DNA of 64,000 nucleotides from Zootoca vivipara. Its lineage: Eukaryota. The stretch lies in the NCBI RefSeq assembly GCF_963506605.1, contig NC_083289.1, positions 44,144,001-44,208,000 of the forward strand. The letters run 5' to 3'. Shown in pieces: positions 56,901-64,000 of this stretch; position 1 is the first letter of the stretch, and every line of letters begins with the position of its first letter. Position numbers and translations under genes: made by a program. The notes under the pieces were generated by a model that made no database searches, had not been told where the DNA came from, and was given only the letters and a program-made list of their open reading frames with translations.

Positions 56901-59495
56901 AGAATTCTGACAGTACCTTTTCCACAAGGATGTTTAATTCAGCTTTTGGCAGAAGGGCTACGAACGATCCAACGTCCTGCGTGGTTTCAGCCGTCCAGTT
57001 TCTTGGGGAACTTGGAAATACATTTTGGAATATGGTGTGAACAAAGAAATATCAGAGCATGCCACAATGCATAAATAAATGATGTAGCAAATGTACCAGT
57101 AAAATCCATATGCTGGAACACAGGCAATAGCTATGCAAAAATGCCCTTTTGTCGCTTTCTTTACATACGATCTTTAAAAATTATTACTTAGACCTGTGTT
57201 CAATGGACATCACTTCCCCACATGCCTCTACTGTAAATTGTGCGATTCTCCTATGTTCTGATTGATTGAAGAAAGTGATCAACTTTAAGGTGAAAGCCCT
57301 TTCCCATTAATGGTTATATACCGTGTGTTAAATGAATACAACATAATTAATTTTTTTAAAGTGTCACGCTGCTGCACCAAGATTATTATTCTCTTACCCG
57401 TGCAATTCGATAAGTCTGTGCTTGATTTCCGTCTTCTGATCATCGCTGAGATGATGGCATAGTCCGAACTGGTGAAGGGCTGTTGCCATCGCTTCCCGCG
57501 AGATTCCCTCACAAATAAACGCTGGGGGTAGATGGCAAACGAGATTTCCAAGCAAGTCAATGTCATATTCATCGATGGCCGAGCCGTTCTGAAATAAAAA
57601 AGCCAGTGCGTGAGCGATTCTGATCAAGCTACGAGATGGAATGAGTTCTGCAGAACCGCTAAAAACATAGAGAAAACAACCATTAAAAACAGTTAAGAAA
57701 ACCTAAGGGTTTCTTTCCTCTGGGTATTATGTTGAGTTCCTTTTCCCCAGCTTCATTCCTGGTTTTCTTTGTTGTTTGGCTTGCTGCTGCTTTAATGAGC
57801 TAGTTTGGGTTGTTTTGTATATTATGTTTTTAAAATTGTTGTTTTGTATGGTGTTGCCCGGGAAAGACTTGGGGAGCCTGTGCGGACCCCGAAGTGGGAC
57901 ATACACCTTTTAACGAAACAAAATAGTGTCATATTCTTACCAGGCAGTCTTGCACTTTTTGCAGAATTGCTTGTTTCTTCTGCCTATTTGAAACAAGACG
58001 GTCAAGTTCAAGCTTCCCCAGGCTGGTCACAAAAGGGGCACAGAGAGGTCCTGAAATGGATTCCAGATACTCAGCGCTAAAGGAAAGATTTAAAATGTCG
58101 GCTTTAGGGAAGAAGAAACTAGGATCTTTAGAGCACTGCATACTAAAATTCATTTATCCGTGTATCCCACCTTTCCTCTGAAGGGCACTGTATGATATAC
58201 ATTGGGTTCCTATAGCCCAGGGATGAAGAATGTCTGGTTCCGCCAGATGTTGTTGGACTGTATCTCCCATCGATCCTAGCCATTGGTGATGCTGACTAGG
58301 CATGATGGGAGATGGAGTCCAGCAACACATGGAGGGCAACAGGTTCCCTCTACCCTGGTGTGTACGTAGATATATAGGATTGTGGCTTCACAGCAGAGAG
58401 CAGAAACCTTTACTTCTGTTCTCTGCTTATCCAAGAACCCTTGTGTTTCTTTAGTGTGTGGGAAAGATCTGAGTGACAAGCAAAGCTTACACTCTCTTAT
58501 AGATGTGGAGCAGCCATTGCTTCATCCCAGAATCCTATGAGTGTAACCTGAAATCTAGCATCTGAGAGGGATTTGTTCAGTCTGCCATTGCCATCTTGGA
58601 ACTATTTATAATTCATTTATTTATTGCATTTCATAGAATCATAGAAGGTACCCAAGGGTCATCTAGTCCAACCCCCTGCAATGCAGGAATCTCAGCTAAA
58701 GCATCCATGGCAGATGGCCATCCACCTCTTCCTAAAAACCTCCAGGAAAGGAGAGACCACCTTCTGGGGAAGTCCGTTTCAATGCCAAAGAGCTCTTACT
58801 GTCAGAAAGTTTTTTCGAATGTTTAGTCGGAATCTCCTTTCTTGTAACTTGAAGCAGTTGCCTTGAGTACTATCCTCAGGAGAAAACAAGCATGCTCCCT
58901 CTTCCATATGACAGCCCTTAAGATATCTGAAGATGGCTGTTGTATGTCCTCTCAGTCTCCTCTTTCCCAGGCTAAACATACCCAGCTCCTTCAAGTGTTC
59001 CTCGTAAGGCTTAGTTTCCAGACCCCTGGCCATCTTGCTTGCCCTCCTCTGCACACCTTCCAGCTTGTCAACATCCTTTTTAAATTGTGGCAGCCAGAAC
59101 TGGACACTGGACTCCAGGTGTGGTCTGGCCAAGGCAGAATAGAGTGGTACTATTACCTTGATCTGGACACTATACTTCTGTAGATGCAGCCTAGAATAGT
59201 TTAGCTTTTTTTGCTGCTGCATCACACTATTGACTCATGTTAAGCTTGTGGTCCATTTATACCCCAACTTTCCCCCCTAGAATCTCAAGGTGGCATACTG
59301 TACATGGCTCTCCCGCACCTCATTTAATCCCCCACAACAACCCTGTGTTTTTGCTTTTCAATGGACCAACAAGGGTACCTTTGCTTTTTATTAAAATAGG
59401 TGTGTGAGAGAGAGAACTTACGGAAGCACTGATAAGAGAAAGGGTGGCACAGATGCATTGGAGAGTATCCAAAATTTCCAAGCCAGACAATTGAT
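38625..59495 (-). CDS. OTOA: Otoancorin (stereocilin/mesothelin family, GPI-anchored): 3' part, 12 coding exons; 5' exons lie beyond the right edge
   Basis: Twelve GT-AG exons join in one frame; the translation follows recalled human OTOA C-terminal motifs (NCLAWK, WTAETTxD, APSS..I.KLxEAN, LDLxSIDTV, LKSFxLxGLG, LDKxLMPYF, ELSxxQIAxLGPENAA) and ends in a hydrophobic tail. Confidence 0.93.
39968..40226. mobile_element. hAT-like fragment with ~70-bp internal tandem repeat
   Basis: CAGGGGTCAGCAACCTTTT terminus; CCCCACAAATAACCCAGAGATG unit repeated just over twice. Confidence 0.6.
40244..40541 (+). mobile_element. LTR-like 3' fragment
   Basis: AATAAA followed by ATATATCCTAAAGAC, ends ACAACA; related to 51220-51365. 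Confidence 0.45.
40588..40780 (-). CDS. OTOA: OTOA penultimate coding exon (193 nt)
   Basis: [64 protein letters not shown]; gtgag donor. Confidence 0.9.
40850..41037 (-). mobile_element. MIR/CORE-like (Squam3-type) SINE; related copies at ~28345-28470, ~42625-42745 and ~59270-59347
   Basis: GGATTTGAACCC B-box reverse complement; CCAAGGTCACACAG-like core. Confidence 0.65.
43029..43126 (-). CDS. OTOA: OTOA exon (98 nt)
   Basis: [32 protein letters not shown]. Confidence 0.92.
43777..43917 (-). mobile_element. tRNA-Lys(CTT)-derived SINE with CR1-type tail
   Basis: Reverse complement GGATAGCTCAGTCGGTAGAGCATGAGACTCTTAATCTC followed by the CR1 tail. Confidence 0.8.
44249..44385 (-). CDS. OTOA: OTOA exon (137 nt)
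   Basis: [45 protein letters not shown](A). Confidence 0.92.
44722..44783. repeat. (TTTC)n microsatellite
   Basis: About 15 perfect units. Confidence 0.95.
45580..45845 (-). mobile_element. L2-type 3' end
   Basis: Similar to 2870-3130; (TTTA)n tail. Confidence 0.7.
45874..46063. mobile_element. Penelope-like element terminal-repeat fragment in inverted (fold-back) configuration
   Basis: Two ~80-bp arms are near-perfect reverse complements; flanking duplication TATGCTTTTAC (45863 and 46064); contains a hammerhead core. Confidence 0.8.
45930..45967 (-). ncRNA. Minimal type I hammerhead ribozyme motif (Penelope-associated)
   Basis: GUAU-CUGAGGA-A-GUGUGCAUGCACAC-GAAA-GC-UC|AUAC: conserved core, palindromic stem II, 4-bp stem I, minimal palindromic stem III (AGCU). 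Confidence 0.7.
46397..46539 (-). CDS. OTOA: OTOA exon (143 nt)
   Basis: [47 protein letters not shown](S). Confidence 0.92.
46783..48080 (+). mobile_element. CR1 LINE internal fragment (ORF2 endonuclease domain and linker)
   Basis: [34 protein letters not shown] and GGSDH motifs; ORF 47167-48024. Confidence 0.9.
46850..47089 (+). mobile_element. 5'-truncated Sauria SINE nested in a CR1 fragment
   Basis: TSD TAA(C/T)AGAGGGAT at 46838 and 47090. Confidence 0.9.
48404..48559 (-). CDS. OTOA: OTOA exon (156 nt)
   Basis: [52 protein letters not shown]; ttttaaag acceptor, gtgag donor. Confidence 0.9.
49958..51365 (+). mobile_element. LTR-like element (left boundary uncertain)
   Basis: TG...CA ends; AATAAA..ATAT.TCCTAAAGAC 3' motif shared with 40244-40541; imperfect 4-bp flanks. 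Confidence 0.5.
50643..50981 (+). mobile_element. Sauria SINE nested in an LTR-like element
   Basis: Head, body and (ACCTTT)n tail. Confidence 0.9.
51484..51671 (-). CDS. OTOA: OTOA exon (188 nt)
   Basis: [62 protein letters not shown]. Confidence 0.92.
52096..52691 (+). mobile_element. Non-autonomous Helitron
   Basis: 5' TCCTATATAATAAA and 3' CTAG termini, inserted between A (52095) and T (52692), no TSD; subterminal hairpin GCCCGTT-tattt-AACGGGC at 52660-52678. Confidence 0.9.
52783..53061. mobile_element. Non-autonomous hAT-like element
   Basis: 8-bp TSD ATTGAAGC; imperfect TIRs. Confidence 0.65.
53540..53690. mobile_element. Penelope-like element terminal-repeat fragment, partly inverted
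   Basis: Same sequence family as 45874-46063; flanking duplication GCAATATTAATA (53528 and 53691). Confidence 0.8.
53598..53635 (+). ncRNA. Minimal type I hammerhead ribozyme motif (Penelope-associated)
   Basis: GUAU-CUGAAGA-A-GUGUGCAUGCACAC-GAAA-GC-UC|AUAC. Confidence 0.7.
53896..53926. repeat. (GT)n microsatellite
   Basis: Seen directly; another at 33583-33607. Confidence 0.95.
54731..55853. mobile_element. Tc1/mariner (Tigger-like) non-autonomous element containing an L2 fragment
   Basis: TA-CAGTGGTACCTTGGTTCT...AGAACCAAGGTACCACTG-TA. Confidence 0.85.
54812..55590 (-). mobile_element. L2 LINE fragment nested within a Tc1/mariner-type MITE
   Basis: [45 protein letters not shown] motifs. 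Confidence 0.88.
55948..56080 (-). CDS. OTOA: OTOA exon (133 nt)
   Basis: [44 protein letters not shown](D). Confidence 0.85.
56917..57010 (-). CDS. OTOA: OTOA exon (94 nt)
   Basis: [31 protein letters not shown]; phases 2 and 0 fit the neighbouring exons. Confidence 0.9.
57398..57588 (-). CDS. OTOA: OTOA exon (191 nt)
   Basis: [63 protein letters not shown](G). Confidence 0.92.
57941..58076 (-). CDS. OTOA: OTOA exon (136 nt)
   Basis: [45 protein letters not shown]; tttag acceptor, gtaag donor. Confidence 0.9.
58632..59255 (-). mobile_element. CR1 LINE 3' fragment
   Basis: [12 protein letters not shown]...VQFW.PQFKKD...[13 protein letters not shown]; (ATTCTATG)n tail. Confidence 0.9.
59422..59495 (-). 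CDS. OTOA: OTOA exon (74 nt)
   Basis: [24 protein letters not shown](P); ttgcag acceptor, gtaag donor. Confidence 0.9.
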
Positions 59496-59607
59496 CTGCA
59501 AAGAGGACATCCTTAAATCATTTTTAGATATATGTGATTGTCAATGAGCAATGGAAAAAGCAGCAGCAGCAGCAGGAGCAGCAGCTATAATCCTCAATAG
59601 GTTAGTT

Positions 59608-59723
59608 CAGGCATCCCCAAACTTCGGCCCTCCAGAAGTTTTGAGACTACAATTCCCATCTTCCCCGACCACTGGTCCTGTTAGCTGGGGATCATGGGAG
59701 TTGTAGGCCAAAACATCTGGAGG
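59608..59723. mobile_element. Palindromic hAT-type MITE lacking its right TIR
   Basis: Same family; GGTTAGTT present on both sides. Confidence 0.8.
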
Positions 59724-59998
59724 TTAGTTGCTCATAACTTCCAGGCAATATCCAGACGTATCTATCCATACCACACCTTCATGCAATGTAACATAACAGC
59801 ACTTATGACATCCACATAACATAGCAGCACATAACACAACATCCACAAATGTGTAGATGTGCTGCTGTGAAGATGTGGGTCGTAACACCAGACCCCCAGA
59901 CCCCCATAATATAACATGACACCACATCTCCATAACATACCAGCCAAAGTCACACATCCATATGCAAACTGTGGCCAATCACCGGTTTGCAATTTCTC

Positions 59999-62900
59999 TT
60001 TTTTTTTTTTATTATTTTTTTATGTTTAATCTTTATTAAGTTTAAAATCAATATAAAACAAAACAATTCTCTAAAATAAAAGCAAAATCAATACATACAT
60101 ATATAATCATACAAATTCAAACGAAGCTTATTCCATCTTCTCAAATATATCGTCAACTTGTCTTATATATCTTCCATTCTGTCTTCACATCTTCTTTTGT
60201 AATTCGACTTCCCCTTCTCTTCTATCCTGACTATGACATTGTTTATCCTCCTACTGCTTACATTAACTTTCCTCCTTGGAATACTACAAAATATTGGTTT
60301 CTAACCCAAGTTCTTTTAAGTATACTCCAAATTTTCCCCAATTGTCAATAAATTTTTTATTGGAACCGCCCCTAATTGAATTCGTCAATCTCGCTAAATC
60401 AATATAACCGATTAATTTCTCTTGCCAATCTCTAATAGTGGGTACTTCCTTACTTTTCCATAATTTTGCAATTAAAATTCTCGCCGCCGCTACCGAGTAT
60501 AAAAATATCTTTTCATCTTTTTTTTCCACTTCCTCTTCAACCATTCCTAATAGGAAAGATTCTGGAGTCTTCTTTATGTTGTATTTGAATATTTTCTTTA
60601 ACTCTTCTAACACTCCATTCCAGAAAGGTTTAATTTTTGGGCACTGCCACCAGATATGTAGGAACGTACCTACTTCTCTTTCACACCTCCAGCAATGATT
60701 ATCTTTAACTTTATACATTTTATGGATTTTGACCGGCGTCAGATACCACTTATAGAACATTTTTATTAAATTTTCTCTAATTGTTTCTGACGCCGTGAAT
60801 TTCCATGTTACACTCCAGAGTTTTTCCCACTTATCCATTTCTATTGCTTTCCCTAGATCCATTGCCCACTTCGTCATTGTCTCCTTCACGACTTCATCCT
60901 TCACTTCCCATTCTAGAATGGTGTTATATACTTTGGATATAATTTTCCGTTCACTATGTAGTAGACTTTTTTCAAGTAGGGATGGTTCGGACATAAACCC
61001 TCCTTTTTTCATATCCTCTTGAAACCTACTATTTAATTGATAATATTGGAGCCACCCTGCCAATTGCTGCTTAACATCTTCATATTTTTTAATTTTAAAT
61101 ACCCCTTCTTTTTCCTCTATTAAGTCCTTATACTTTATCCATTTTCCATCATTATTTACTTTTTTCACTGTTATTATTTCGATAGGTGACAACCATTTTG
61201 GTGTCTTCGGTTCCATCAGAGGTTTATGTCTTTCCCATACCTTCAATAGAGATTTTTTAATAACATGCGTGTTAAACCCTTTATGTATTTTTACCTTTCC
61301 ATCCTGCAAGTAGGCATGCCAACCCCATCTATTTTGAAATCCCTCTAGATCTAGTAGCTCGTGATTTTCCAAGGTAATCCATTCCTTTATCCAAAGAAGG
61401 CTTGCGGCATCATGATAGATTTTTAGGTTAGGAAGCCCCAGTCCTCCTCTCTCTTTTATGTCGGTTAATAATTTAAATTTTACTCTGGCTGGTTTATTGT
61501 TCCATATAAATTTGGATAGATCTTTATTCCATTGTTTAAACATTCCACTTCCTGTTCCTAGGATTGGGAGCATTTGAAATATGAACAGCATTCTCGGTAG
61601 AACATTCATTTTAATGGTCGCTATTTTGCCCAGAAGTGATAAATTTAGTCTTTCCCATATTTCTAAATCTTTTTTAACCCCATTCCAAATTTTGACGTAA
61701 TTATCCTTTACCAGATTATTAGTATTATTAGAGACCCAAATTCCTAAATATTTAGCCTTTTTAACCACCTTCAATCCTACTCTCTCTTGTAACCTTTCAA
61801 TCTCCTCTTTCCTTAAGTTTTTGACCAACATATTCGTTTTATCTTTATTTATGCTAAACCCCGCTAACTCCCCAAATTCTCTAATTTTCTCTAATGCTTG
61901 GGGTACACTTTCCTCTGGATCCTCCAATGTAAGAATAATATCATCAGCGAACGCTTTTAATTTATGGGTGTCTCTTCCCCTTGTTATTCCTTTAATCCTC
62001 TCATCCTCTCTTATGTTTTTTAGCAGAAATTCTAAGCACAGGATGAATAATAATGGGGAAAGAGGGCAGCCCTGCCTTGTTCCTCTTTGTATCTGGATTT
62101 CCTCTGCTAATTCTCCATTTATAATCAGTTTGGCTCTCTGTTTATTATAAATTGCTCCTATACCTTTTACAAATTTTCCTCCAAAACCCAATTTTTCTAT
62201 TCCTTTTTTCATAAATATCCATAGGACTTTATCAAATGCTTTTTCTGCATCCAATAATAAAAGGGCCGCTTTCTTATTTATTTTCACACTTAGATACTCC
62301 AAAATATCTATAATATTCCTCATATTGTTATACATTGATCTCTTTGGTAGGAACCCCGTTTGGTCTTTGTTAATTAATTTTCCTAATATAATTTTCATCC
62401 TATTTGCCAATATGTCTGTAAATAATTTGTAATCATTATTTAACAAGGATATAGGGCGGAAATTTTTAATCTGTGTTGTGTCCGAATTTGGTTTGGGAAT
62501 TACCACAATATAAGCTTCTTCCCACGATTCTGGGATTGTCCCTTTTTCTAGGATGTTATTCATTAATTTCTTTAATGGATCTAATAATACCTTACCAAAT
62601 TTTTTATAATATAGTGATGGTAACCCATCCATCCCTGGTGATTTTCCACTCTTAGCTCTCTTAATTGCCTCCTGGATTTCTATATTTGAAATACTTTTAT
62701 TCATTAACTCCATCTCTCCTTCTTCAATTTTAGGTATATTAGTTTTTTCAATATACTCTTCCACTTTTTGGCAATCAATTTTCCCCTCTGTATATAATTT
62801 TGAGTAAAATTGTGCAAATGTTTTCGAAATTTCTTTGGGCTCCATTATCGTCCTTCCCCCTTCTACTAATTTCGTTACCAATCTTTCTTTCCTCTTTTCC

Positions 62901-64000
62901 TTTAATTGCCAGGCTAAATATTTTCCAATTTTATTAGAGTATTCAAAACTTCTTTGTTTCAAATATCTTATCTTATTTTCTATTTCTTTGTCAAGTATGT
63001 TCGATACTTGACTTTGCAACACTTTTATATTTCTTTTCAAATCTTCTTTATCCATTTTACTCACTTTCCCTATTTCCAATTCATTTTTCCTAATTTCTTT
63101 CAATAAATTGCTTAATTTCTGTTCCTTTTCCTTCTTTTTCCAGCTACTTTGACTTATGAAAAATCCCCTAATCACTGCCTTTCCGGCATCCCACACTGTG
63201 TTTATATTTGTTTCTTGATTTAAATTTATTTCCAAATACTCTTTTATTACATTCTCCGCCTTTTTAACCACATTTTCATCTTCCAGTAATAACTCATTCA
63301 TTTTCCATCGTTTGATTGTCTTTTCTATTCCTGCTATTTCCATCAATACCGGGTTGTGGTCAGATACAGTTTTGGGTAAAATATCAATTTTTTTACATCT
63401 TAATAATATATCCTTGGTTGACCAAATCATGTCAATTCTGCTTTCCGAATTTTGTGGGTGGGAAAAGAAAGTGAATTGTTTTTGTGTTGGGTGTAAGCAT
63501 CTCCATATATCTGTTAGGTCTAATTTATCTACTAATTGGAAGAAGGTTTTTGGGAGTTTCCCTTCTTTTTTCCTTTTTTCTTCATTTGATTTATCATAAT
63601 CTGGAGTTACAATTCCATTTAAATCCCCCATTACAATATGTTTTTGATCACTATATTCCATTAGGATATTTTCTAATTTTTGATAAAAGACAGCTTTATT
63701 TTCATTTGGTGCATATATTCCTGTTATAAATATATTATCCAAATTTTTTTGTATTTTAACAATATTAATTCTGCCATCATTATCTTTATAAATTTGTACT
63801 GGGTTCAATTTGGGATTTATATACATTACCACTCCTTTCTTCTTTATTGTATCTGAGGAGATAAATTCCTCCCCTAATTTTTTATTAATCAATAATTTAC
63901 GGTGCTTTTTGGCAATATGCGTTTCTTGCAGACATATAACATCTAATTTCCTTTTAGCCAATAAATGTTCTACCCTATTCCTTTTCACTTTGCTGTTTAG
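59999..64000 (-). mobile_element. L1-clade LINE: ORF2, 3' UTR and poly(A) tail; 5' part outside the window; intronic and sense to OTOA
   Basis: 3.7-kb open frame, ~260-nt 3' UTR, AATAAA at 60037-60032, A-rich tail at 60021-59999. Confidence 0.95.
60284..64000 (-). CDS. L1 ORF2p (APE endonuclease, reverse transcriptase, CCHC knuckle); start codon beyond the window edge
   Basis: EN motifs LQETH, GIYAPN, MGDLN, SRID, SDHNP; RT motifs KSPGMDG, RPISLLNNDYK, DAEKAFD, GTRQGCPLSPLLF, FADD; C-terminal CWRC-x8-H-x4-C; frame stays open to 64000 (LNSKVKRNRV...). Confidence 0.95.
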   Translation of the reverse strand, partial: LNSKVKRNRVEHLLAKRKLDVICLQETHIAKKHRKLLINKKLGEEFISSDTIKKKGVVMYINPKLNPVQIYKDNDGRINIVKIQKNLDNIFITGIYAPNENKAVFYQKLENILMEYSDQKHIVMGDLNGIVTPDYDKSNEEKRKKEGKLPKTFFQLVDKLDLTDIWRCLHPTQKQFTFFSHPQNSESRIDMIWSTKDILLRCKKIDILPKTVSDHNPVLMEIAGIEKTIKRWKMNELLLEDENVVKKAENVIKEYLEINLNQETNINTVWDAGKAVIRGFFISQSSWKKKEKEQKLSNLLKEIRKNELEIGKVSKMDKEDLKRNIKVLQSQVSNILDKEIENKIRYLKQRSFEYSNKIGKYLAWQLKEKRKERLVTKLVEGGRTIMEPKEISKTFAQFYSKLYTEGKIDCQKVEEYIEKTNIPKIEEGEMELMNKSISNIEIQEAIKRAKSGKSPGMDGLPSLYYKKFGKVLLDPLKKLMNNILEKGTIPESWEEAYIVVIPKPNSDTTQIKNFRPISLLNNDYKLFTDILANRMKIILGKLINKDQTGFLPKRSMYNNMRNIIDILEYLSVKINKKAALLLLDAEKAFDKVLWIFMKKGIEKLGFGGKFVKGIGAIYNKQRAKLIINGELAEEIQIQRGTRQGCPLSPLLFILCLEFLLKNIREDERIKGITRGRDTHKLKAFADDIILTLEDPEESVPQALEKIREFGELAGFSINKDKTNMLVKNLRKEEIERLQERVGLKVVKKAKYLGIWVSNNTNNLVKDNYVKIWNGVKKDLEIWERLNLSLLGKIATIKMNVLPRMLFIFQMLPILGTGSGMFKQWNKDLSKFIWNNKPARVKFKLLTDIKERGGLGLPNLKIYHDAASLLWIKEWITLENHELLDLEGFQNRWGWHAYLQDGKVKIHKGFNTHVIKKSLLKVWERHKPLMEPKTPKWLSPIEIITVKKVNNDGKWIKYKDLIEEKEGVFKIKKYEDVKQQLAGWLQYYQLNSRFQEDMKKGGFMSEPSLLEKSLLHSERKIISKVYNTILEWEVKDEVVKETMTKWAMDLGKAIEMDKWEKLWSVTWKFTASETIRENLIKMFYKWYLTPVKIHKMYKVKDNHCWRCEREVGTFLHIWWQCPKIKPFWNGVLEELKKIFKYNIKKTPESFLLGMVEEEVEKKDEKIFLYSVAAARILIAKLWKSKEVPTIRDWQEKLIGYIDLARLTNSIRGGSNKKFIDNWGKFGVYLKELGLETNIL

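Noticed and set aside
59730-59995. L1 3' transduction
   Set aside because: Low-complexity ACATA-rich DNA with no second poly(A) tail; the neighbouring MITE truncation is explained by a local deletion because its TSD is retained

Overview
Eukaryotic (vertebrate) genomic DNA, almost certainly from a squamate reptile and probably a lacertid lizard (inferred from six Sauria SINE copies plus Bov-B, CR1, L2, L1 and Penelope repeats). Three protein-coding genes lie in tandem on the minus strand. (1) The last 12 coding exons of otoancorin (OTOA; 59495 down to stop at 38625). (2) A complete 5-exon KDELR2 (ATG 29466, stop 11037; 212 aa) with a CpG-island promoter. (3) The 5' end of DAGLB (first coding exon 4756-4850, probable non-coding exon 1 at ~7.4 kb). 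All exons were assembled by hand with GT-AG sites and consistent phases. Most other ORFs in the track are spurious or transposon-derived. The rest is TE-dense. The most notable elements are an L1 with an uninterrupted ORF2 running off the right edge; two copies of a 1.3-kb non-autonomous L1-derived element with TSDs; a non-autonomous Helitron with a CpG-rich, first-exon-like interior; two inverted Penelope fragments carrying minimal hammerhead-ribozyme cores, one on the OTOA sense strand; a hAT element filled with a GC-rich fold-back tandem repeat; and many MITEs, SINEs and solo LTRs. No prokaryote-type system (e.g. CRISPR) is present. Family names come from recalled motifs, not database searches.
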